Positions 1-11,500 of a DNA stretch of 54,374 nucleotides are shown piece by piece. Every line of letters starts with the position of its first letter. Within the stretch, counting starts at the first letter, position 1. This DNA comes from Octopus bimaculoides (lineage: Eukaryota): positions 156,101,222 to 156,155,595 of the forward strand of contig NC_068981.1 in assembly GCF_001194135.2 (NCBI RefSeq), written 5' to 3'. Both the position numbers and the translations under genes were made by a program. Below the pieces are notes generated by a model that did no database searches, was not told the DNA's origin, and worked only from the letters and a program-made list of their open reading frames with translations.

Positions 1-79
<79 letters not shown>

Positions 80-81
80 CA

Positions 82-152
<71 letters not shown>
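1..152. repeat. (TTA)n microsatellite
   Basis: Near-perfect TTA run from the window start. Confidence 0.98.
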
Positions 153-601
153 GAGTGAGAAAGCATCAAAGTGACCCTGGGGTACTAATATACGAAGCCC
201 ATTATATCCATCCTGACTACCCGTCTGATCAGGGTTCACCAGGCACATGCATCAACCATATGTGCGCGACATGGTGATCTCGTATCAAGATAAACAGCGC
301 ATTACTTTGCAGGTGGGGCCCAGTTAGAATTTTCTTCAAGTCCAGTAGTCCATCCCGCTCAAAAGGTCCCTGGATAATGGTTACATAAGAATGTTGAACG
401 AAACACCCATGTTTCCAGAGGTGAATTGTTCAAACCCCAAACAATACCTCTCAACACATGGCTATGATGCTCCCCCACTGCCTCTGCTCGTGATCAGAGA
501 TGCACATATCATCAACCACCAAGGGACGTGCTCAACCGGTTAAGGTCAAGCAACTACAAGTAAATCTGTGGTACTGAGGAGAATATTTGCTGTAGCCCAT
601 C

Positions 602-602
<1 letters not shown>
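153..602 (-). repeat. Non-coding interspersed repeat between two (TAA)n tracts; partial second copy at ~47838-48012
   Basis: 428-598 (…CCTCTCAACACATGGCTATGATGCTCCCCCACT…AAATCTGTGGTA…AGAATATTT) aligns by eye with 47838-48012. No ORF. Strand inferred only from the (AAT)n run after the minus-strand end. Confidence 0.65.

Positions 603-695
<93 letters not shown>
603..695. repeat. (ATT)n microsatellite (tail/target of Dong-like LINE)
   Basis: Direct observation; abuts the LINE 3' end at 696. Confidence 0.95.
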
Positions 696-698
<3 letters not shown>

Positions 699-1967
699 TT
701 GTTTTATTTTTATAATGTGCTTTCACTTCACTAGCTCTATNNNNNNNNNNNNNNNNNNNNNNNNNNNNNNNNNNNNNNNNNNNNNNNNNNNNNNNNNNNN
801 NNNNNNNNNNNNNNNNNNNNNNNNNNNNNNNNNNNNNNNNNNNNNNNNNNNNNNNNNNNNNNNNNNNNNNNNNNNNNNNNNNNNNNNNNNNNNNNNNNNN
901 NNNNNNNNNNNNNNNNNNNNNNNNNNNNNNNNNNNNNNNNNNNNNNNNNNNNNNNNNNNNNNNNNNNNNNNNNNNNNNNNNNNNNNNNNNNNNNNNNNNN
1001 NNNNNNNNNNNNNNNNNNNNNNNNNNNNNNNNNNNNNNNNNNNNNNNNNNNNNNNNNNNNNNNNNNNNNNNNNNNNNNNNNNNNNNNNNNNNNNNNNNNN
1101 NNNNNNNNNNNNNNNNNNNNNNNNNNNNNNNNNNNNNNNNNNNNNNNNNNNNNNNNNNNNNNNNNNNNNNNNNNNNNNNNNNNNNNNNNNNNNNNNNNNN
1201 NNNNNNNNNNNNNNNNNNNNNNNNNNNNNNNNNNNNNNNNNNNNNNNNNNNNNNNNNNNNNNNNNNNNNNNNNNNNNNNNNNNNNNNNNNNNNNNNNNNN
1301 NNNNNNNNNNNNNNNNNNNNNNNNNNNNNNNNNNNNNNNNNNNNNNNNNNNNNNNNNNNNNNNNNNNNNNNNNNNNNNNNNNNNNNNNNNNNNNNNNNNN
1401 NNNNNNNNNNNNNNNNNNNNNNNNNNNNNNNNNNNNNNNNNNNNNNNNNNNNNNNNNNNNNNNNNNNNNNNNNNNNNNNNNNNNNNNNNNNNNNNNNNNN
1501 NNNNNNNNNNNNNNNNNNNNNNNNNNNNNNNNNNNNNNNNNNNNNNNNNNNNNNNNNNNNNNNNNNNNNNNNNNNNNNNNNNNNNNNNNNNNNNNNNNNN
1601 NNNNNNNNNNNAATAGGTATTGTTTTAGTCTTCAGGTTCCACATTTTGCTAATTTCTATTTCAAGATCTTTATATTTGCTCAGTTTTTGGTAGGTCTTGA
1701 CAGATACGTTTATATCGATTGGGACAGTCATATCAATGAGGAAGCATGATTTTTGTCTGAAGTCTTTCAGTATGATGTCTGGCCTATTTGCATTTATCTT
1801 TCTGTCAGTTTGAATGGTGAAGTTCCAGAGGAGTGCGATGGGATCATTTTCAAGTACTGGGGTGGTTTGTGTTCCCACCAGTTTTTATCATGGGGCAAGT
1901 CCAGGTTTTTGCATATTAACCAGAGAATATATTGTGCAGCTCTATCATGCCTGTTGAGATACTCTGT
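696..1967 (-). mobile_element. 5'-truncated R4/Dong-like non-LTR retrotransposon (restriction-like endonuclease region), copy 1; contains N gap 741-1611
   Basis: Minus-strand translation NRHDRAAQYILWLIC…WWEHKP…LLWNFTIQTDRKINANRPDIILKD…LIDMTVP…KLSKYKDLEIEISKMW is the PD-(D/E)xK RLE domain of R2/R4-type LINEs. The 3' end (CAGTTGTTTTATTTTTATAA on +) matches the copies at 17941 and 19154. (TAA)n lies on both sides. Confidence 0.88.
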
Positions 1968-2017
1968 ATTATTATTATTATTATTATTACTATTATTACT
2001 ATTAATATTATTATTAT
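1968..2017. repeat. Degenerate (ATT)n microsatellite
   Basis: Direct observation. Confidence 0.9.
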
Positions 2018-2505
2018 TACAATTAAACCTTTGGAGAGGCATTATGCCGGTAATAAATACACGCACTGGTTCAGTCCTTCATTAATTTATAAACAGTATT
2101 TAGTTTTTTGTTAAATCATTTCATTGCACTCTTGCAATCTCTTCAGTAACTTGTCTCTCCACTTCCATTTATTTTGAATGTATAATTTGGCGTTGTTTTG
2201 AAATTGTTCGGTATCAGCACGTGAGAGTGTGCAAGCTTGTATGTGTGCACGCACTTATGTGTTCGTGCTTATATGTAAGTATGTGCGTCCATATGTGTGT
2301 TTGTAACAATTTCGTTCATATCAGATAAGATAGAGACTTTGCACTTGGTATTGGTTTCCTTTCTGTAATTTTTTGTTTTCTTCGTAAATGCATCATTTTT
2401 ATTTACGTTCACGTTCAGTATTTTATGTGTGAACAGCATATGCAAACATGGGTAATTATAAGGCTCTTATCTACGTGTACTTGCTGTTCAAAATTGGTCG
2501 TGTTT
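2018..2505 (+). repeat. Left inverted arm (unique ~490-bp domain)
   Basis: TACAATTAAACCTTTGGAGAGGCATTATGCCGG…AAATTGGTCGTGTTT matches the reverse complement of 17314-17815, with scattered substitutions and one ~15-bp indel. Confidence 0.95.
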
Positions 2506-2552
2506 TAGTTATGAGGACTGACTCTTGTATTTGCCGTTCTTTTGTTTGTTAT

Positions 2553-5500
2553 TTCGTTCGTTCGACCGTTAGTTCGATCGTTCATACGTACGTAAGTTCG
2601 TTCGTTCGTTCGTACGTACGTTCGTTCGTTCGTACGTACGTACGTTCGTTCGTTCGTGCATACGTACGTTCGTTCGTTCGTTCGTTCGGTCGTTCTTACG
2701 TACATACGTAGGTACGTACGTTCGTTCATTCGTTCGTTCGTTCGTTCGTTAGAACGCACGACCGTACGTATGTACGTTCGTTCGTTCGTTAGAACGCACG
2801 ACAGTACGTATGTACGTTCGTTAGAACGCACGACAGTACGTATGTACGTTCGTTCGTTCGTTCGATCGTTTGTTCGTTCATTTCGACGTACGTACGTTCG
2901 TTCGTTCGTTAGTTCGTTCGTTCCTTTATTCATTCGAACGTACTTACGTACGCACGTACGTTCATTCGTTCTTTCATTCGTTCGTTCTTTCGTTCGTTCA
3001 TTCGTTCTTTCGTTCGTTCGTTCGAGCGTTCGTTCGTTCTTTCGTTAGTTCGTATGTACGTACCTACTTACGTACGTTCGTTCGTTCGTACGTACGTACG
3101 TTCATTAAGTTCGTTCGTTCGTTCTTTCGTTCGTACGTACGTTCGTTCGTTCGTATGTTCGTACGTACGTACGTTCGATCGTTTGTTCATTCGTTCGCTT
3201 GTTCGTTCTTACGTATGTACGTACGTACATACGTACGTACGTTCGTTCGTTCGTTCTTTCGTTTGTTCATTCGTTCGTTCTTGCATTTCGTTCGGTCGTT
3301 GTTCGTTCGTATTTACGTACCTTCGTCCGTTCGTTCGTACGTACGGACGTATGAACGTACGTTCCTTCGTTCGTTCTTGCGTACGTACGTATGTTCGTTC
3401 GTTCTTTCGTTTGTTCGTACGAACGTACGTACGTTCATTCGTTCGTTCATTCATACGTACGTACGTACGTTCGTTCGTACGTTCGTACGTACGGACGTTC
3501 GTTCTTTCGTTCGTTCATTCATTCGTTCTTCCGTACTTACGTACGTACGTTCGTTCTTTCGTTCGTTCGTTCATTCTTTCGTTCGTTCGTTCGTTCGTAC
3601 ATTTCGGTCGTTCGTTCATTTCGTTCGTTCGCTCGATCGTATGTACGTACGGACGTTCATTTGTTCGTTCGTATGTACTTACATCAGTTCGTTCGTGCGT
3701 ACGGACGTATGAACGTACGTTCCTTCGTTCGTTCGTGCGTACGTTCGTTCATTTGTTCGTTCGTTCGTTCTTTCATCCGTACGTACGTACCTACGTACGT
3801 TCGTTGGTTTCTTCGTTCGTTCGTTCGTTCGTTCTTACGTACGTACGTACGTTCGTTCGTTCGTACGTACGTAGGTTCGTTTGTTCGTACGTACGTACGT
3901 TCGTTCATTCTTTCGTTAATTCGTTCGTTTCGCTCGATTGTTCGTTCGTTCGATCGTTCATACGTACGTACAAACGTAAGTTCCTTCGTTCGTTCGTCCA
4001 TTCGTTCAGTTCGTTCGTACGTATGTACGTTCGTTCGTTCGTTCGTTAGTTCATTCGTGCCTTCCTTCATTCGAACGTACTTACGTACGTTAGTACGTTC
4101 ATTCGTACTTATGCACGTACGTTCGTTCTTTCGTTTGTTCGTTCATTTGGTCGTACGTTCATTAGTACGTTCCTCCGTACGTACGTACGTTCGTTCGTAC
4201 GTACGTACATTCGTTCGTTCGTTCGTTCTTACGTACGTACGTAGTTACGTACGTTCGTTCATTCGTTCGTTCGGTCGTTCGTTAGTACGCACGTCCGTAC
4301 GTATGTACGTTCGTTCTTTCTTTCTTACGTACGTTCATTCGTTAGTTCGTTCGTTCGTTCATTCGTTCGTTCGTACGTACGGACGTATGTACGTACGTTC
4401 CTTCGTTCGTTCTTGCGTACGTACGTACGGATGGTAGTTCGGGCTTTCTTTCGTTCGTACGTTCGTACGTACGTTCATTCGTTCCTTCGTTCATACGTAC
4501 GTACGTTCATTCGTACGTTCGTACGTACAGACGTTCGTACGTACAGACGTTCGTACGTACAGACGTTCGTACGTACAGACGTTCGTTCTTTCGTTCGTTC
4601 ATTCATTCGTTCTTCCGTACTTACGTACGTACGTACGTTTATTCGTTCGAACGTTCGTTCGTACGTTCGCACATATGGATGTTCCTACTTTCGATTGTTC
4701 ATTCATACGTATGTACGTACGATCGGACGTTCGTTCGTTCTTTCGATCGTTCGTTCGTTCTTTCGATCGTTCGTTCGTTCGTTCATTTCGTTCGTTCGCA
4801 CATTCGTATGTACGTACGGACGTTCGTTTGTTCGATCGTATGTACGTACATTCGTTCGTTCGTTCGTTCGTGCGTACGTACTTACCTGCGTACGCTCGTT
4901 CGTTTGTTCGTTCGTTCGTTCTTTCATCAGTACGTACGTGCCTACGTACGTTCGTTCGTTTCTTCGTTCGTTCGTTCATTCTTTCGTTAATTCGTTCGTT
5001 TCGCTCGATTGTTCGTTCGTTCGATCGTTTATACGTACGTACAAACGTAAGTTCCTTCGTTCGTTCGATCGTTTATACGTACGTACATTCGTTCGTTCGT
5101 TCGTTCTTACGTCCGTACGTAGTTACGTACGTTCGTTCATTCGTTCGTTCGGTCGTTCGTTAGTACGCACGTCCGTACGTATGTACGTTCGTTCTTTCTT
5201 TCTTACGTACGTATTTACGAACGTACTTACGTACGTTCATTCGTTAGTTCGTTCGTTCGTTCGTTCGTTCTTTCGTTTGTTCATTCGTTCGTTCCTCCAT
5301 TTCGTTCGTTCCTTGTTCGTTCGTATTTACGTACCTTCGTCCATTCGTTCGTTCGTACGTACGGACGTATGTACGTACGTTCCTTCGTTCGTTCTTGCGT
5401 ACGTACGTACGGATGGTAGTTCGGGCTTTCTTTCGTTCGTTCGTTCGTACATACGTTCATTCGTACGTTCGTACGTACAGACGTTCGTTCTTTCGTTCGT

Positions 5501-8500
5501 TCATTCATTCGTTCTTCCGTACTTACGTACGTACGTACGTTTATTCGTTCGTTTGTTCGTTCGCACGTACGTACGTACGTTTATTCGTTCGTTTGTACGT
5601 ACGTACGTTCCTTCTTTCGATTGTTCATTCATACGTATGTACGTACGTCCGTTCGTTCGTTCTTTCGTTCGTTCGTTCATTCGTTCGTTCGTTCGTTCGT
5701 ACATTTCGGTCGTTCGTTCATTTCGTTCGTTTTCTCGATCGTATGTACGTACGGACGTTCATTTGTTCGTTCGTATGTACTTACATCAGTTCGTTCGTGC
5801 GTACGGACGTATGGACTACGTTCCTTCGTTCGTTCGTGCGTACGTACTTACGTGCGTACGTTCGTTCATTTGTTCGTTCGTTCGTACTTTCATCCGTACG
5901 TACGTACCTACGTACGTTCGTTCGTTTCTTCGTTCGTTCGTTCGTTCTTACGTACGTACGTACGTTCGTTCGTTCGTACGTACGTAGGTTCGTTTGTTCG
6001 TACGTACGTACGTTCGTTCGTTNNNNNNNNNNNNNNNNNNNNNNNNNNNNNNNNNNNNNNNNNNNNNNNNNNNNNNNNNNNNNNNNNNNNNNNNNNNNNN
6101 NNNNNNNNNNNNNNNNNNNNNNNNNNNNNNNNNNNNNNNNNNNNNNNNNNNNNNNNNNNNNNNNNNNNNNNNNNNNNNNNNNNNNNNNNNNNNNNNNNNN
6201 NNNNNNNNNNNNNNNNNNNNNNNNNNNNNNNNNNNNNNNNNNNNNNNNNNNNNNNNNNNNNNNNNNNNNCGTTCGATCGATCGTTCGTTCGTTCGATCGT
6301 TCGTTCGTTCGTCCGTTCGTGCATTTCGTTCGTTCGCACTTACGTTCGTTCTATCGTTTGTTCGTTCTTTCGTACGTATGTACGTACGTACGTTCGTTCG
6401 TTAGTTCGTTCGTGCCTTCCTTCATTCGAACGTACTTTCGTACGTTCGTTCGTACTTACGTACGTACGTTCGTTCTTTCGTTTGTTCGTTCATTTGGTCG
6501 TACGTTCATTCGTACGTTCCTCCGTACGTACGTACGTACATTCGTACGTACATTCGTTCGTTCGTTCGTTCTTACGTCCGTACGTAGTTACGTACGTTCG
6601 TTCATTCGTTCGTTCGGTCGTTCGTTAGTACGCACGTCCGTACGTATGTACGTTCGTTCTTTCTCTCTTACGTACGTACTTACGAACGTACTTACGTACG
6701 TTCATTCGTTAGTTCGTTCGTTCGTTCGTTTGTTCTTTCTTTCTTACGTACGTTCATTCGTTAGTTCGTTCGTTCGATCGTTCGTTCGTTCTTTCGTTTG
6801 TTCATTCGTTCGTTCCTTGTTCGTTCGTATTTACGTACCTTCGTCCATTCGTTCGTTCGTACGTACGGACGTATGTACGTACGTTCCTTCGTTCGTTCTT
6901 GCGTACGTACGTACGGATGGTAGTTCGGGCTTTCTTTCGTTCGTTCGTTCGTACGTACGTTCATTCGTACGTTCGTACGTACAGACGATCGTTCTTTCGT
7001 TCGTTCATTCATTCGTTCTTCCGTACTTACGTACGTACGTACGTACGTACGTTTATTCGTTCGTTTGTTCGTTCGCACGTACGTACGTACGTTTATTCGT
7101 TCGTTCGTACGTACGTACGTTCCTTCTTTCGATTGTTCATTCATACGTATGTGCGTACGTCCGTTCGTTCGTTCTTTCGTTCGTTCGTTCATNNNNNNNN
7201 NNNNNNNNNNNNNNNNNNNNNNNNNNNNNNNNNNNNNNNNNNNNNNNNNNNNNNNNNNNNNNNNNNNNNNNNNNNNNNNNNNNNNNNNNNNNNNNNNNNN
7301 NNNNNNNNNNNNNNNNNNNNNNNNNNNNNNNNNNNNNNNNNNNNNNNNNNNNNNNNNNNNNNNNNNNNNNNNNNNNNNNNNNNNNNNNNNNNNNNNNNNN
7401 NNNNNNNNNNNNNNNNNNNNNNNNNNNNNNNNNNNNNNNNNNNNNNNNNNNNNNNNNNNNNNNNNNNNNNNNNNNNNNNNNNNNNNNNNNNNNNNNNNNN
7501 NNNNNNNNNNNNNNNNNNNNNNNNNNNNNNNNNNNNNNNNNNNNNNNNNNNNNNNNNNNNNNNNNNNNNNNNNNNNNNNNNNNNNNNNNNNNNNNNNNNN
7601 NNNNNNNNNNNNNNNNNNNNNNNNNNNNNNNNNNNNNNNNNNNNNNNNNNNNNNNNNNNNNNNNNNNNNNNNNNNNNNNNNNNNNNNNNNNNNNNNNNNN
7701 NNNNNNNNNNNNNNNNNNNNGATCGTTCGTTCGTTCGATCATTCGTTCGTTCGTCCGTTCGTGCATTTCGTTCGTTCGTACTTACGTTCGTTCTTTCGTA
7801 CGTATGTACGTACGTACGTTCGTTCGTTAGTTCGTTCGTGCCTTCCTTCATTCGAACGTATTTTCGTACGTTCGTTCGTACTTACGTACGTACGTTCGTT
7901 CTTTCGTTTGTTCGTTCATTTGGTCGTACGTTCATTCGTACGTTCCTCCGTACGTACGTACGTACGTTCGTACGTACGTTCGTACGTACGTACGTACATT
8001 CGTTCGTTCGTTCGTTCTTACGTCCGTACGTAGTTACGTACGTACTTACGAACGTAATTACGTACGTTCATTCGTTAGTTCGTTCGTTCGTTCGTTTGTT
8101 CTTTCTTTCTTACATACGTTCATTCGTTAGTTCGTTCGTTCGATCGTTCGTTCGTTCGTTCGTTCGTACGTACGTTCATTCGTACGTTCGTGCATACAGA
8201 CGTTCGTTCTTTCGTTCGTTCATTCATTCGTTCTTCCGTACTTACGTACGTACGTACGTTTATTCGTTCGTACGTTCGTACATATGGATGTTCCTACTTT
8301 CGAGTGTTCATTCATACGTAAGTACGTACGTTCGGACGTTCGTTCGTTCTTTTGATCGTTCGTTCGTTCGTTCATTTCGTTCATTCGCACATTCGTATGT
8401 ACGTACGGACGTTCGTTTGTTCGATCGTATGTACGTACATTCGTTCGTTCGTTCGTTCGTGCGTACGTACTTACCTGCGTACGCTCGTTCGTTTGTTCGT

Positions 8501-11500
8501 TCGTTCGTTCTTTCATCCGTACGTACGTACGTACCTACGTACATACGTTCGTTCGATTCTTCATTCGTTTTTTCGTTCCTACGTACGTACGTACGTACGT
8601 ACGTACGTACGTACGTACATTCGTTCGTTCGTACGTATGTACGTTCGTTCGTTTGGCCGGTCGTTCTTACATACGTACGTAGGTAAGTACGTTCGTTCAT
8701 TCGTACGAACGTTTGTTCTTTCGTTCGGACCTTTGTTCGTTCTTTCGTTCGTTATTTCGTTATATCGTTCGTTCGTTCGATCGTTCATACGTACGTACAT
8801 ACGTAGGTTCCTTCGTTCGTTCGTCCATTCGTTCAGTTCATTCGTACGTTCGTTCTTTCGATCGTATGTACGTACGTACGTAAGTCCTATCGTTCGTGAA
8901 TTTCGTTCGTTCGTACTTACGTTCGTTCTGTCGTTCGTTCGTTTGTTAGTAAGCACGTCCGTACGTATGTACGTTCGTACGTACGTACGTTACTACGTTT
9001 GTACGTACGTAAGTACGTTCGTTCGTTCGGTCGGTCGTTCCTTCATTCATTCATTCTTTCGTTCGTTCGTTCGTTCGTTCGTTCGTTAGTACGCACGTTT
9101 GTACGTATGTATGTTCGTTCTTTCTTTCTTACGTACGTAGTTACGTACGTAAATACGTACGTTCGTTCGTTCGATCGTCTGTTCGTTCATTCGTACGTAC
9201 TTTCGTTCATTAGTTCGTTCGTTCGTTCTTTTATTCGTTCGAACGTACTTCGGCACGCACGTAAGTTCGTTTGTTCGATCGTTCGTTCGTACGTACGTAC
9301 GTTCGTTCGTTCGTACGTACGTACGATCGTTCGTTCGTACGTACGTACGTTCGTTGGTTCGTACGTACGTACGTTCCTACGTTTGTACGTACGTAAGTAC
9401 GTTCGTTCGTTCGTTCGTTCGTTCGTTCGGTCGGTCGTTCGTTCGTTCGTTCGGTCGGTCGTTCGTTCGTTCTTTTATCCGTACGTACGTACCTACGGAC
9501 GTTCGTTCGTTTGTATGTTCCTTCGTTCGTTGTTTCGTATGTACCTACGTACGGTCGTTCGTTCGTACGTACGTACGTACGATCGTTCTTTCGTTTGTTC
9601 GTTCGTTTGTTCGTTCTTTTGCTTGTACATACGTACGTACGTACGTTCATACGTACGTACGTACATACGTACATACGTACGTACGTACATACGTACGTAC
9701 ATACGTACATACGTACATACGTACGTACGTACGTTCGTCCGGTCGGTCGTTCTTACGTACGTACGTAGGTACGTACGTTCGTTCGTTCGTTCATTCGTTA
9801 GTTATTTTGTTCGTTCGTTCGTTAGTACGCACGTCAGTACGTATGTACGTTCGTTCTTTCTTACGCACGGAGTTACGTACGTACGTACGTTCGTTCGATC
9901 GATCATTTGTTCGTTCATTCGTACGTACGTACGTAGATATGTACGTACGTACGTTCGTTCCTTCCATCGCTTGTTCGTTCTTTCGTACGTACGTACGTTC
10001 GTTCGTTCGTTCGTTCGTGCCTTCATTGGTTCGAACGTACTTACGTACGTACGTTCGTTCATTCGTACTTATGTACGTCCGTTCGTTCTTTCGTTCGTTT
10101 GGTCCTTCATTCGTTCGTAAGTACCTACGTACGTTCGTTCGTTCGTACTTACGTACGTACGTTCGTTCTTTCTTCGTTCGTACGTACGTACGTACCTTCG
10201 TTCGTTCGTTCGGTAGTACTTACGTACGTACGTAGTTATGTACGTACATTCGTTCATTCATTCGTTCGTTCGTTCGTTCTTTCGTTCGTTCGTTCGTTTG
10301 TTCGTTAGTACGCACGTCCGTACGTATGTATGTTCGTTCTTTCTTTCTTACGTACGTAGTTATGAACGTACGTACGTTCGTTCGTTCATTAGTTCGTTTG
10401 TTCCTTTATTCGCTGGAACGTACTTAGGCACGCACGTAAGTTCGTTCTTTCGATCGTTCGTTCGTTAGCTCGTACGTATGTACCTACTTATGTTCGTTCG
10501 TTGTTACGTACGTACGTTCATTCGTTAGTTCGTTCTATCGTTATTTCGTTCTATCGTTCGTACGTACGTTCGTTCGTATGTTCGTACGTACGCACGTTCG
10601 ATCGTTCGTTCGATCGTTCGACCGTTCGTTCGTACGTACGGACGTATGTACGTAGTTCCTTCGTTCGTTCTTGCGTACGTACATATGTGCGTTCGATCTT
10701 TCCTTCGTTCGTTCGTTCGTACGTACTTACGTACGTTCTTTCATTCATTCGTTCGTCCATACTAACGTACCTACGAACGTTCGTTCTTTCGTTCGCTCGT
10801 TCTTTCGTTCGTTCGTTCTTTCGCTCGTTCGCTCTTTCGCACGTACGTACGTGCGTTCATTCGTTCGTACATACAGATGTTCCTTCTTTCGTGCGTTCGT
10901 TCGTTCGTTAGTTGTTTCGTTGTTTTGTTTGAACATACGTACTTACGTACGTACATTCTTTCGTTCATTGGTACGTACGTACGTTCGTTTTTTAGTTTGA
11001 TCGTTCCTTTATTCTGTCGAACGTACGTACGTACGCACGTACATTCGTTGGTTCTTTCGTTCGTTCGGTCGATAGATCGTTCGTTCCTTCGTTAGTTCGT
11101 ACGTACGTACCTACTTACGTACGTTCGTTCATTCTTTCGTTCCATCGTTCGTAGTACGTTCGTTCGTTCGTATTTTCGAACGTACTTACGTTCGATCGTT
11201 CGTTTGTTCGTCCGTTCGTTCGTCCGTTCGTTCGTTAGTACACATGTCTGTAAGTATGTATGTTCGTTCGTTCTTTCTTACGTACGTAGATACGTACGCA
11301 CATACGTACGTACGTACGTTCGTTCGTACGATTTTTTGTTCGTTCATTCGTACGTACGAACGTTCTTTCGTTAGTTCGATCGTACGTTCGTTGTTCTTTA
11401 GTTTGTTCGTTCGATCGTTCATTCGTTCCTTCGTTAGTTCGTACGTACTTACCTACTTACGTACGTTGGTTCCTTCGTTCGTACGTACATAGTACTTTCA

